Positions 15,336-28,975 of a stretch of DNA of 64,000 nucleotides are shown here, piece by piece. Where the stretch lies: NCBI RefSeq assembly GCF_009914755.1, contig NC_060936.1, one strand, 5' to 3'. A program made the position numbers and the translations under genes. Every line of letters starts with the position of its first letter. Position 1 is the first letter of the stretch. Below the pieces are notes generated by a model that was given only the letters and a program-made list of their open reading frames with translations, was not told the origin of the DNA and searched no databases. The stretch comes from the human T2T-CHM13v2.0 reference genome, Homo sapiens.

Positions 15336-15580
15336 TTATAATAGATAACATTTATTGAACACTTATTATTTGCCAGGTACTATGCTCAGCCTGCTTTATT
15401 TTAATCCCCCAAACTACCCTATAAGAATACCATCATCATCATTTTATAATGAGGAAACTAAGATTTAGAAAGGTTAAGTAATTTGTACAAGGTGACCCAA
15501 GTACAAAGTGGTGGGGCTAGAATTTGACCCAGGTCTTCTGCTTCCAGAGACCAAACTTTTACCAGCTATGTAGAATACTG
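15336..15580 (-). mobile_element. MIR (near full length)
   Basis: aacatttattgaacac...atgaggaaactaag...caaggtgaccca...gaatttgacccagg. Confidence 0.85.
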
Positions 15581-15584
15581 CTCT

Positions 15585-16610
15585 TTATTCATTAATTTAA
15601 TGAATAATAATTGATCACGTATCTTGTGCTAGACTCTATGCACTGGACATATATCAATGATGAGAACAGAGAAAAATTATTTCCTCTTTAGAGTGAGGGA
15701 AAGGAGACAAATAAGAGTATGCTAGCTAATAGCACAAGGAGAAAAATAAAGCAAATAAAGGGAGATGGCTTTTGCTTGAGTAGGGTGTTAAATCGTTAGA
15801 CAAACTGGACTGGAAAAGTCTTAGCAAGAGTTGAATACAGACTTAAAGGAGAGAAAGGAGCAAACCAGGTGGATATTTGGGATAAGAATGAACAAACAGC
15901 AAGAGAGTATGCTTGGTATGTTCAAAGAACATTTAGGAGCCCATTGTGGCTAGCATTAGTGACCAGACCAGAGGAAAGCAGTGGAGATGAATAGATCAGA
16001 GAGGTACAATCTGGGAGCAGATCTTGTAGGGCCTCTGGAAGGTCTTTGCATCTACTGAAGCCATTGGAGGATTTTGAGCAATGAAGTGTTATCTGGATTT
16101 GTCTGGATGCTTTGTTGTGTATAGATGTTGCATGCTCAAGGGTAGAACCAAAGAGTCTTGATAGAAGGCTGAGAAAATACAGTTAGTTCTTGCTTTATGA
16201 CTGGGATACATTCTAAGAAATGGGTTGTAAGGTGATTTCTTCATTGTTTGAACAACGTAGAGTGTACTTACACAAACCTAGCTGGTAGAGCCTACTACAC
16301 ACCTAAGCTATATGGTATGGCCTGTTGCTTTAGGCTACAAACCTGTACAGCATGCTACATACTGAATACTGTAGGCAATTGTAACCCCATGGTAAGTATT
16401 TGTGTATCTAAACATAGCTAAACATATAAAAGGTACAGTAAAAATATGATATTATAATCTTATGGGAGCACCATTGTATATATGGTCATTGACCTAAATG
16501 TCATTTTGCAGTGCATGACTGTAATCCAGTTGAAAAATGATAGTTTGTACGACCAAGGTTCATAGCTCTTGAGATGGTAAAAAGTATTCATATTTTAGAT
16601 ATATTTCTAA
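15585..16610 (-). mobile_element. L2 fragment (interrupted by Tigger3a)
   Basis: ttcatt tail; gaagccattggaggattttgagca. Confidence 0.7.
16180..16521 (-). mobile_element. Tigger3a, complete
   Basis: TA on both sides; ends gcatgactg; matches the copy at 6795 in reverse. Confidence 0.9.
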
Positions 16611-16904
16611 AGTTTCAAATATAAAACTTTGAGGACTTTAATTAGCAGAGACCTCAGATATAACCCATTAGGTGCCAAGTTTTATACTTTTTCAATTTTA
16701 AACCTAATTTTCTTCTGTTATCAAAGTCTATAATATGTGTTAATAGTACACAATTTAGAAGATCCATGGAGGGAAAATATCAAGCAGTGTAATATCCTAG
16801 CATATGCAGATAAAATTATTGAACGCCATGAACAAACATCTTGGCGTATTTTTTTCTAGTCTTTTGGCATAGGATTGAACCTTAATAAATGCTGTCTACC
16901 ATAA

Positions 16905-17040
16905 GCTAGCTCTCTGTCTCCCCTACTAAAATCTTAGCTCCTTAAAAACAGGAACTGTGTTCTTTATTTCTCTATCTTAGGTAGAGAGCACGGTGTCTGG
17001 TTCATGATAAGTGCTAGTGCTGCTTGTTTTGTTTGAATTA
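16905..17040 (+). mobile_element. L2 3' end
   Basis: agctccttaaaaacaggaactgtg...gcacggtgtctgg...gtttgaatta. Confidence 0.65.
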
Positions 17041-17131
17041 ATTGTGCCAAATACTATATGGGATTCAATGATTTATGTTTAGTTAGGGAGGAAACACTCA
17101 GTAGGTACACTTGTAAAATAATAAGGCTGAG

Positions 17132-17408
17132 TTTTCTGTTTTGTTTTTTTAAGAGACAGGGTCTGGCTCTGTTGCCCAGGCTGGAGTGTAATGGTATAAT
17201 CATAGCTCACCGTAGCCTTGAATTCCTGAGCTCAAGCAGTCCTTCTGCCTCACTCTCCTGAGTAGCTAGGACTCAGACTCATACCACCACACCCAGCTGA
17301 TTTTTTGTAGAGGCAGGATCTCGCTATGTTGCCCAGGCCAGTAAGCAGTCCTCCTGCCTTGGCTTTCCAAAATGCTGGCATTACAGGCGTGAGCCACTGT
17401 ACCAGGCC
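17132..17408 (-). mobile_element. AluJ (small internal deletions)
   Basis: TSD aaggctga(g/t)tttt. Confidence 0.9.
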
Positions 17409-17591
17409 AAGGCTGATTTTTCTTAAGCAAACATAACAGAAATTAAGCTAAAACAACCACTACAGTTATCTTGAGAGGAAGTCATCGGGGATACTGTTGT
17501 TCTGTAAAGACATCATGTAGTTTACTCTTAAGAGTCAGTTTGAGTCATGCTATAAAGTTTTATTAAATTTGTTCATTAAAAGTTTTTTTCC

Positions 17592-17907
<316 letters not shown>

Positions 17908-17947
17908 TCAAAAAAAAAAAAAAGTGTTTCCCCCCTCATGATGGTCT

Positions 17948-18170
17948 GTAGCGTAGTGATTTAGGAGTTGGCTCTGGAGGCACACTATCTGGGTTCAGAT
18001 TTCACCTTCTCCATTCAGTCAGTTTTGTGACCTTGGGCAAGTTACTCTGCACAGTTTCACCTGTAAAAAGTAGATAATAAAGTGTGTACCTTATAGAGTT
18101 GTTTTGAGTGGTAAATACATTAGTATATGTAGTGTCTGGTATATAGTTTAATCTATAAATGCAAATTTTT
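17948..18170 (+). mobile_element. MIR
   Basis: ggctctggag...ctgggttcagat...tgtgaccttgggcaagttact. Confidence 0.85.
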
Positions 18171-18215
18171 ATTATTTTCTGCTGATCCTGTAATTGATCT
18201 AAAACATAATCCAGG

Positions 18216-18495
18216 TTTCTTTTTTCTTTTTTTGAGACAAGGTCTCGCTCTGTCGCCCAGGCTGGAGTGCAATAGTGCGATTGCGTCTCACTGCAACCTT
18301 TGGTCAAGCGATCCTCCCACCTCAGCCTCCCGAATAGCTGGGACTACAGGCACGTGCCACCATGCCTGGCTAATTTTTGTATTTTTTGTAGAGACGAGGT
18401 CTCCCTGTGTTGCTCAGGCTGGTCTCGAACTCCTGGACTCAAGCGATCTGCCCTCCTTGGCCTTCCAAAGTGCTGGAATTATAGGCATGAGCCCC
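18216..18495 (-). mobile_element. AluJb-like
   Basis: Dimeric antisense Alu. Confidence 0.9.
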
Positions 18496-18859
18496 CATAA
18501 CAACAACTTGCTTACCCACCTTATTTGCCAAATTTAGCTCTTAGTGACTTTTGCCATTTTCAACATGATGAAGTACTAAGATTTGTGATGCTTCTGGCTA
18601 TATCTGATGTCATTTCTAAAGCAACTACTAAAAAGTTATTTTTAACTAATAGTATCATTGAAATACATTTATGATTTCAACAAGGTGATTACTTGGAAAA
18701 TAATGTTCATTGGAATGAATACATTCTGGTTTAGTTGTTTCAAAAAACAAACTGTTGAATCTTATAGAAGCATTTCATTCACTTGAATGCATAAGTAATA
18801 GTATCAGGCAAAAAAATAATAAAAAAAGAGGGCTGAGTGATGCAGGTAAGTGCTTACAT

Positions 18860-19480
18860 TTCTTCAGTGGCTCTCTATTGCTAAAGAAGAAAGTCCAAAT
18901 ATATTAGTAGGTCGTAAAAGGCCCTTCATTACTTTTCCATTCTTAATCTCCTTGCCATACCCTTGCACATCTTTTGAAGACAGATACTATGTCTTTTTTT
19001 CTGTTTTAAAGCTTGGTTAATGAACAGTCAGTACACGTTGGTAGAATTAGTTAGTAGAATTAGATCCAGCCATGCTGATCCATTTATAGTTCTCCAAGCA
19101 TGCCAAGTTTTTCTCACCTTTCTGCCTTTGCATGTGCCATTTTCCCTGTCTGGAATTCCTTTCCTTTTTTCATTGCCTGACATACTCCTACCTATCTTTG
19201 AAATTGAACACAAATGTCACCTTTTCTAAAAAGCCTTTTCTTATCTCATCAAGCAGCTTGAAGTAGATCCTTCTTTATAATCCCACTTTCCTCCTCATTT
19301 ATATCTCTATTACAAACACTACTATAACAACTTTTTTATTGTCTGTTTCTTCTGTGAACTGTGAGCCTGAGGAGGTAGGGACTTAGTATTGTGTATTTTA
19401 GTAGCCCTAACATCATAACACAATACTAATTAGTGCATAGGAGTTACCTAATGTGTGGCTAATAGAATCAATGAATGAAT
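18860..19480 (+). mobile_element. L2 fragments ending in (AATG)n
   Basis: gcctttgcatgtgcc...ctgtctggaat; gaactgtgagcctgagg; aatgaatgaatg tail. Confidence 0.75.
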
Positions 19481-19489
19481 GCTTGCAAG

Positions 19490-19960
19490 GATAATTGGAA
19501 ATAAGAAAAGTAGGAAATCACTTTTGTTTGAGATAGAGAGGGGCCTATGGAAGAGCCCTCAAGCTTGACATTGAAAGACTGGTTGGATTCAGATAGAAAC
19601 AATAAAAAGGAAGATGGGGGACTTTTTAGATATGAGGAAAATGGAAAATGAGAGTCTGTACAGTGTATTTTAAACATGTAAATGAACTCTGCTGCATCGG
19701 AGGCGTTAACGCATGTGATTGGTGGAATATAAGACCTGGACCAAAAATTGGTTTTAGACTGTGGAGGATTTTGAAAATCAAATTAACATATTTGAGCTTT
19801 ATTCTGCATATAGTGAGGATGTGAGATTTGGGGGAGGTTTTGTAGTTGTTATTTGTTTGTTTTTTAGCAGAACACTGTTTTGATGAAAGTGATGTTTTGG
19901 GAACATTAATCTTACATTGGTATGTGGGATAGGTTTGAGATAGGAGGAAGTAGTGGCAGG
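19490..19960 (-). mobile_element. L2 fragment
   Basis: gactgtggaggattttgaa, tttgagctttattctg; purine-rich antisense L2. Confidence 0.55.
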
Positions 19961-20516
19961 AATGGCAAACACACCTGCCCAGCTTGGTCAGAGAATGAGA
20001 TTATTTTTATAGAATATTAAGATAAATGTGAACTAATACTTCTTTAAAAATACTAGACAAGGAAGTCACATTCAGAAAGTACTTCAGAATCTGTGGTATC
20101 TTTAGGCTTATCGTTGTAAGTATCACTTGTCATTGAACTGTTGATTTACAGAAGAACAGGTTAATAGAGAATTCTACTTACTAGGAAATTGGATAAACTG
20201 TTCTATATTTTATTTGAGTGTAGGTCCACCATTGTTCATAATCATGTAAAATTTTAGATTACATGTAGCTTATTAATTCAGTTTATCTTCTTCCTCTGTG
20301 CTGGAAGGAACTTTTTACAACTTCATCTCTGAGCTCACTTTTTTTTTAAACAAGCTCTGGAACTCAGCACTTCTCTCTGAATAATTTGGCAACATTGTCT
20401 TCTATTCTTCTGAACCATGTGAGATAGAGCCTAGTGGGATAAGTATATCTACAAATGACAGAAACAGGCTGAACAGAAGATAGATACACATATTTGAAAC
20501 CTTCAGAGTTCTTTAG

Positions 20517-21023
<507 letters not shown>

Positions 21024-21297
21024 TGATTTGGTTTGGACATTTCTATATTTTTTCCCTTTAGAAGTGATTTTTAAATAGCTATCACAAAGGTTGAGACTAA
21101 TAAAAATTGCTTCCACTCTAACTCACCTTCAATTAATATGCAAAGAATATGTAACTGACAACATTGCAACCACAATTAGAGGACAGATATTCTCAAATGA
21201 TGAAAATCCAGCATTTAGAATGAAGTTAATTTTTCCCAAACTTCCCTACCTGTAACATTCAAGGCATGGGTTTGCTTTTGCTTAGAAGAGTGGAGGA

Positions 21298-21528
<231 letters not shown>

Positions 21529-21798
21529 GAGCAGAGGCGGTTGTAATATAAACAAAATGTGGAGCTCTTTTCATGGTATTCACAGCAAGTTCAGGAATAG
21601 TCTCCTTGCAATGCAAGGAGTATTCATCTTTGTAAACTGCAGCCTGAATTAAGGGAAAAATCTCAGCTTGTTCCTTTCTCTGAATCATTATTATAAGGAA
21701 AAGGAGTTTAAGCTCCTAATGAAGTATCAAATCCCCTTTCATTGTACAATTTTGGATGATTGACTAAGGACTGGTTTTCTTTGCAAAGATCCCTAGGC

Positions 21799-22058
21799 CA
21801 GCATTCCCAAACTGTTAAGTAGGTGGACTGTGGAAAATGTGTTCTGTACTTAAATACTATTTGGAAAAACAGTTAAACATCGTTCTTTTCTGCAACACTT
21901 CTCAAACTAATATGCTTATAATGTATCTTCTGACTGTCCACAGAATTTCCCAAACACATTTGAGCACATATTGTCCCATCTCTTCCCACTCCTGACCTCA
22001 CCAGCCCCTAGCATACGTATCACTCACAGGGTAAATGTGAAGTTTTAGGAAATGTTGC
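21799..22058 (+). mobile_element. MER103C-like hAT element
   Basis: cagcattcccaaact...ctgcaacacttctca...taatatgct...tttcccaaacacattt...ttaggaaatgttg. Confidence 0.55.
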
Positions 22059-22892
22059 CGTCAGTACACAAACTTGCTAGATAAAATGGACCCAACTGGG
22101 ATAGTCTTGAAAAATGTTTAACTTACTGAGACAGATGTGAAAGCCCATTGCCCTTCTAGTTCTGGGATGATTGATCATGATCACAGAGAGCTTGATTGAG
22201 AAAAAAGGAGAAGCCAAGTTTTAGTGGAATTTATTTAGAATGCACTAGAAGAGTAAAAACAGTTAACATTCATTACTAGGGCATAGTAGGGTGCCTTGAG
22301 AGGAGTCGTTTAAAAAAGTCTGAAGATTATGAACCCTGATTAGTGAATTAGCAAATATTTCATACGGTTAGTTCTTAGGATTAGATTTCAACACTTCAGT
22401 GCAAATTCTTCACACTTTTGTCATGTGAATGCAGTTTGAGAATGCATTTCAATTAGATCTGTAAGTTGTTGAATTATCTTTTATTCTTGAACTGGTGGAA
22501 TAGACATGGTGCTTGCTTCAATTATCCGTTAACTCCAGTATTTCTCTAAATATTTGCTGTCCAATATTTTCTAATAAATTCCTTTAGGTGAATATGCAAA
22601 GATCACAAAAATGAATAGTCATTTATGAATTCCCTGTGAAGACAAAAGGATTCTTTGAGACAACAAAGCGATTTTTCGAGACAACAAAGTTTTGTTTCTC
22701 TGGAACCTAAATAAGCAGGATGCTTACAGTTTCTCGACATATTACATACTTTTTTCTTGAGAAAAATGTAAAAGATAAATAGGTGGGCATTTTTTATGAA
22801 ATTATTAATATGGAAAACAAACATTAAAGGCATTTCATTAAGTAAGGGTAGATTTAGTCCAACTTCATAGACTTTCTAATAACTCTATACAA

Positions 22893-23112
22893 CAAGCTTG
22901 TCCAACATGCAGCCCCGTGGGCTGTATGAGGCCCAACACAAGTTTGTAAACTTTCTTAAAACATTATGACATTTTTTTTTGTGCGATCGATTTTTTTTTT
23001 GTGCGACTTTTTTTTAAGCTCATCAGCGATTGTTAGTGTTAGTTTTATGTGTCGCCTAAGGCAATTCTTCTTCCAGTGTGACCTAGGGAAGCCAAAAGAT
23101 TGAACACCCCTG
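22893..23112 (-). mobile_element. MER30 (hAT-Charlie), complete
   Basis: Ends caagcttgtccaa / ttgaacacccctg; 8-bp TSD ctatacaa/ctctacaa. Confidence 0.92.
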
Positions 23113-23139
23113 CTCTACAAGATAATAGTTGGTGTTCCA

Positions 23140-23505
23140 AATGTTAGGCTACAGGTTTTATAGCTGCCCCAAAAATTAAGTAACAATGGCTTAACAAATC
23201 TTAAATTTGTTTCTCTCTGATATAACAGTCCAAACATAAATAGTCTAGGACTGATAATGTAGCTTTGTGGAGCCCTTGGGCCTTATTCTTTCCTATCCTC
23301 CTCCTTAATGGTTTCCATCTCATGGTCTAAGATGCCTGCTGTAGTACTTGCCAGTACATCCTCCTTCCAGCTAGCAGGGCAGAGTAAAAGAGAGAAGAAG
23401 CACTTTTTCTAAGGGTACACCTTGAAAGTTGTATATGTCTTTTCTATTCACATTCCACTGGTCAGAACCTTGTTACACAAGGGAGACTGGGAAATGTAGT
23501 CTTTG
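23140..23505 (-). mobile_element. MLT1 (J/K/L-type) MaLR LTR
   Basis: atggcttaaca, ggtctaagatgcctgctg, cacattccactggtcagaac, gggagactgggaaatgtagtcttt. Confidence 0.75.
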
Positions 23506-24344
23506 AGATTTCACAGACCATTAATAAAAATTGATCATGTAGTAAGCCTTAGAGAACACCTAAAAAAGTCATATCAGATATGTCCTGCTGAAACTTCTGT
23601 TGTGATAAAAGACACGCACACACACACATATGTGTATGTATATATTAATATATATATTTATAGGGAGAATAGAGGTATTTAGCAGGCTGTTATTAATTAT
23701 TCTGATATGCTTTTCCAAATGCTGAAGTGTTTTCTATGTTTTCACGTAAATAATAGATTGTACTTTATAGAAATTACTTTTTAAGTATATTGTATTCTAG
23801 TTCTCTGTAAATGAGTAACTTATGGGTGTAAGAATTTTCAGTGTATGAAGCATTCAGTTCCCCAGGATGTCTGAATGTATATTGAGTTTTTAAATTGGTG
23901 ATATGTATATGTGTATATGTGCACATATAGGAATATAATGAGATAATATTATTTGGCATGCAGATACTTGATGTACAGACTGTCTATCAAAAATGTAATA
24001 GCAAAGTAATGGTTTATTAAAATGAGCACTTTTGATTACAGTTGTTTTCCATGAAAGGGAAAAATGATGACTTAGTGATGCAGTGGTCCACTTAAATTGC
24101 AATATGATCTAGGAGATTTTAGGTCTTCTTCCCAAATTCTCAGTTTTAAAATTGTAAAGGTAATTGGTGTACTTATCTTATTGAAATAGAGGAAAATATG
24201 TATATTCAGCTATGTCCGTTCGTTTTTTTAGATCTCATATCTCTCGTATGTAAACACATACCTAGGAATTAGTTCCATTTAGTGTAATAATTTTTATAGG
24301 GAGTTCCAACTAAAATTAAATTTAGGAAATTTTAATTGCACCAA

Positions 24345-24470
24345 TTGATTGATTGATTGAGATGGGGTTTCACTTTGTTTCCCAGGCTGGTCTCAATCTC
24401 CTGTGCTCAAGTGATTCTCCCATCTCAGCCTAGTAGCTGGGACTACAGGCATGCAAGCGCGTGCCTGGCC
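24345..24470 (-). mobile_element. FLAM_A-like monomer with (ATTG)n tail
   Basis: Single antisense monomer. Confidence 0.8.
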
Positions 24471-24779
24471 TAAGTGCATATAAAAATAAGGTTGTACATT
24501 TGGGAGATTTTATAGTTTAACAAGCACCTTTTCATGTATATGATATTATTTGATAGTATCTTAAGTATGTTTTAAATGATTCTTATTTTCTGATCTTTTC
24601 AAATTAATTTCTCTTTAGGCTTAAGCTAGATTTTACATACTTTGACATGCATTTTCTTTTTTGTTAACGCTGCATGAATAGCAAAGACATGAATTTTGTC
24701 ATTCATCTCAAAGTATTATAATCAGAATTTTTTCTTTAATTAACAGCTTAATTTCCAGATATAATATTTTTAAAGCTCT

Positions 24780-26830
24780 CTTTTGGTTGTTGATTTTAAT
24801 TTATTGCTCTATACTTTGTGTACAGAGTCTGTATTTCATTGATTTGGGAAGGTAATTGAAGTGTCTCTTTGGGCTATTATATGGTCAGTTTTTATGAATG
24901 TTCTGTGTAAGCTCAAAAAGAATATATTTTATGTTTATTGTGATGTCACATACGTCATATGATATCAGACTTTCAAAGTGGCATTTTTCAAATTTTGAGG
25001 TTTTTAAATTTTTTTTGTCATTTTCTGAAGGCTTGTTAACAACGTCTAATTAGAATTGTTAATCTCTTTTGCACACAGATTTTTAGTTGTTTTTTCTGCG
25101 TGTGTGTTTTTTTGGTGTTTTTGTGTTTCTTTTGTGTTTTTTGTGTTTTTTTGTGTTTTTGCACACAGATTTTTAGTTGTTGCTTATGTACATTGAGACT
25201 GTATATATGTGTATCTATACATAAGTTGTTGCTTATGTATGTTGAGGCTGTATATATGTGTATCTGTGTATATTCACATTTGCTTTTTTACCGGTATATG
25301 TTTCCATTTGTCTTTTATTGCCCTTGCCTTTGAATTTAAATTCTTTTGATACTATGGTGGGTTTATTTTGGTTCATATTTTTTAGGTACCTTTTTGTTTC
25401 TTTATTTTTTTCAGCTTTGCTGGATCCTGGTTTTATTTATTTATTTTGGATTTTTAACTTAATTTTTAAATTTAATTTTTATTTAGTTTTTAGCGATAGG
25501 GTCTGGCTCTGTTGCCTGGGCTGGAGTGCAGTGGTGCGATCATAGCTCACTGGAGCCCGAATCTCCTGGATTTAAGCAGTCCTTCCATGTTGGCCCCACA
25601 AAGCACTGGGATTACAGATGTGAGCCATTGTTCCTGGCCTGGATTGTTGTTTTACACTTAAACTGAGAATATGTCTTCTGAGTTTAACCTATTAGAATTT
25701 AATGTGATTATTTCTATGTTAGAACTTAGCTCTGCCATTTTATATCATATCCCTTCAGTGTCCAAGTTGAATCTTTCTCTTCTCCCTTCCTTGCCCAACA
25801 AATTCCAAGAAGTTTAGCATACTCTCCACACTGCACCCCTACTTTCTTGAAATAGGGTGATGTGATGTTTTAATTATTTATTCTTATGAATACACTTGTT
25901 TTAAGATAACAATACATCTTCTAAAATTTTTTCCTTCCCATATTTTGTTGTTTTCTTCTGGATATATTTCTTTTCTGACTAGATTACATTTTTCAAATGT
26001 TCTTTGAAAGAAGGTCTTTTTTTTGTGGTAAACATTGAGGCATTGTCTGCCTATAATATGTTTACCATTCACAATTAAGTGATAATTTACCTTGATTTAA
26101 AATTCTAAGCATGGATTTGTTTTTCTACCTCAATATTTTGAGGATAGGGTAATGTTTTATTGTCCTCTTCCTGTCCTGGTGGTGTTCTGAAATCTGGTAT
26201 CAGTTTGACCCTGCTCTTTTTTAGGTGATGTTGCCCCTGCTCCTCTTGCTAGAAGCTTTTAAAATTTTGTCTTTGAAAGGCTTACATTTTACTCCAGTAC
26301 ATTTAGGTATGGACTTTTTTTTTTCCTTATCTTTTCTCCTTAGCACTTTAAGCCATTTCAATCTGAGATTTCATATTGTGAATTCTGCAAAATTCTGTCA
26401 TTTTTTCAAATTCTTCTTCGTTTATTTTCTTTGCTTATAGAATTCCTTTTGGGTAGATATTTACACTAATACTACTTTCCCCACCATATTTTAACTAGCG
26501 CTTTATTCATCTTTTTGTCGCTTTCTGAGACCCTTTGGAACATTTCCTAGATTAATTCTTAAATCAACTCTGTTCATTTTCTTATTCAAACCATTTTAAA
26601 ATTCTTCATTGCAATAATTATATATATTTTTACAGCCAATATTTTCTTTCTCTTAACTGCTTATTCCTGCTTTGTATTTCTGATATTTTTTCATGTCTGC
26701 CTGAGGCTATTTATTATGACTGTTTAAAGTTTTTTTTGATTAGTTCTGATTTTTCTTGAATGAGGTTATTTCTTGTCAGTATGTGTTTCCCTTTCCCATA
26801 TTAATGCTTCTTAAATATCTCTTTAATTTT
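24780..26830 (-). mobile_element. Old L1ME-type fragments
   Basis: atatggtcagtttttatgaatgttctgtgt, taagtgataatttac, aaaattttgtctttg. Confidence 0.6.
25430..25639 (-). mobile_element. Chimeric AluJ monomer (left-arm 5' half + right-arm 3' half)
   Basis: Right-arm ctggagtgcagtgg joined to left-arm caaagcactgggattacag. Confidence 0.8.
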
Positions 26831-27801
26831 TCCCATTTGCTAAATCTTCTATAATCATAAAATGCTGGTATATTTAGAGAGTGAGAGATGGACATACACC
26901 GAGCTCAGCCATACTTGGTGTTTTTCTCACATGTGGCTCTCTCCTGTTTCTTAGGGACACTTGTCCGTAGGCACTGCTTACATAAGTAGGGCACCTCCCT
27001 CTCTGCTATCTTGTTTTAGTCTGGTATCTCACTGTCACTGCTGATTAGGTTCTACACTAAAGTAGTGATAGCATAGGCAATAATCTGCATAAGAAAATTC
27101 AGCCTAGTAAAAAGTATACCCAAGTAGAATTTTTAACCCTAGTTTATACTTCCCATCAGTGAGTAGACTCTGGCTTTCATGTGCTCTGTGCATCCCTAAA
27201 GATGCCCTACCATTATCAATGTCTTCAAGTGTTGTTGAACTGGTTTTTGAGATCCAGCAATGTTTATATTACCTCAGCGTCATCTGTAGAGTGGGATTCA
27301 TAGGAATAAGCCAGCATACCAGCAGATGGTGCTAGTCTCTTAACTTTTCAGAAACCAAAACCTATATCTTACTTCTAAAGGTAATAGCTATAAATGATTA
27401 AATTTCTTTGGAATTCTCAGAACATCTTAGGGTATTAAAGTGGTTTTATGAAGAGATAAGAGAACAAGTTTATCTTTAACAATTTCTGTCTCTTTCCTCA
27501 TGCATCAAATTGTGCTATTCTGGTTACAGTATATTTAAAAAACCTTTTGTGATAGAAATATAACTGACTTTTAAAGTATTGTGATCTATAACAGCTACTA
27601 TTTATTGGGTGCTTATTGTGTCTTGGATACTGTGCTAAGTGTTTTATGTATGTAATGTTGGGATAAGACCAGGATTATTTCTCCAATGAGAAGTTTTAAC
27701 TTAATAGGTTTATAAGAATTGTGTATTACTATTCTTCAAAACAAAAATTATGTTCAATATAGTTTAGTAATAGTAAATTCCATTAAAGTCATAAAATGTG
27801 A

Positions 27802-28096
<295 letters not shown>

Positions 28097-28147
28097 TCAT
28101 AAAATGTTTTGCCTGTGGAAGAGGGAAATAATTGGAGGAGATTGTTA

Positions 28148-28402
28148 CTGTTGTTATTGTTTTCAGACACAAAGTCTCTGTCACCCAGGCTGCAGCCTTG
28201 AACTCTGCTCAAGGGATCATCCCACCTCAGCCTCCTGAATAGCTGGGACTACAAAAAAAAAAAAAATTTTTTTAAAATTTTTTTGTAGACACAGGGCTTT
28301 TCTGTGTTGCTCAGACTAGTTTTCAGCTCCTGGCCTCAAGCGATGCCGCCACCTTGGCCTCCCAAAATGTTGGGATTACAGGTGTGAGCCACTGTGCCTG
28401 GC
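28148..28402 (-). mobile_element. AluJ, rearranged
   Basis: TSD gattgtta; internal deletions. Confidence 0.85.
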
Positions 28403-28975
28403 TGATTGTTATTGTTGAGGGAACTGAGACCTAGAGAATTTGCAATTTTTATATCGTTAATGGTTTTTGTTTGTTTTTTGGTTTCAGTGTTATGTTTGGG
28501 ATGATTATACAGAGCCATTTAATTTTTAGAGTATTTAATATTTATAGAAAATTGCAAATAGAAAGGATCACTGAAAAGCTGTTTATTCATTGTGTGCTTG
28601 TATGTTTTATATTCAGATGTAAAAACAGAAAATAAATGAGAAATAATTCCTGCTTCCTTAAGCAGTTTATGTGATCACCATTTCTCAACTAGTTTTTTTT
28701 TAATATTAGACTTATCTATGGACGTAACTACTTTTTCATTTAAGACTAGTACACTTAACTATTAAAATTATTTTAGTAATTAACCTTTATTTTTTATTAC
28801 ATAAAAAAGGCAAATTTTCTACCCTTATCTTTTGCTTCCTGATTATAGTTATACTTGGTGGTGGAACTCGAAACAGTGATTGTGTGAAAGAACACAGATT
28901 AGAAAATTGCTAACTCTATGTTGTTGGAGTTGTTTTTTTTGCTTGACATTACTTAAGTAGTGAAATCATTCCCCC

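Noticed and set aside
18770-18851. CAG|GTAAGT donor at 18845
   Set aside because: No convincing upstream acceptor; A-rich context.
21595-21625. Palindrome ctccttgca-a-tgcaaggag
   Set aside because: A 9-bp arm pair is within chance expectation for 64 kb.
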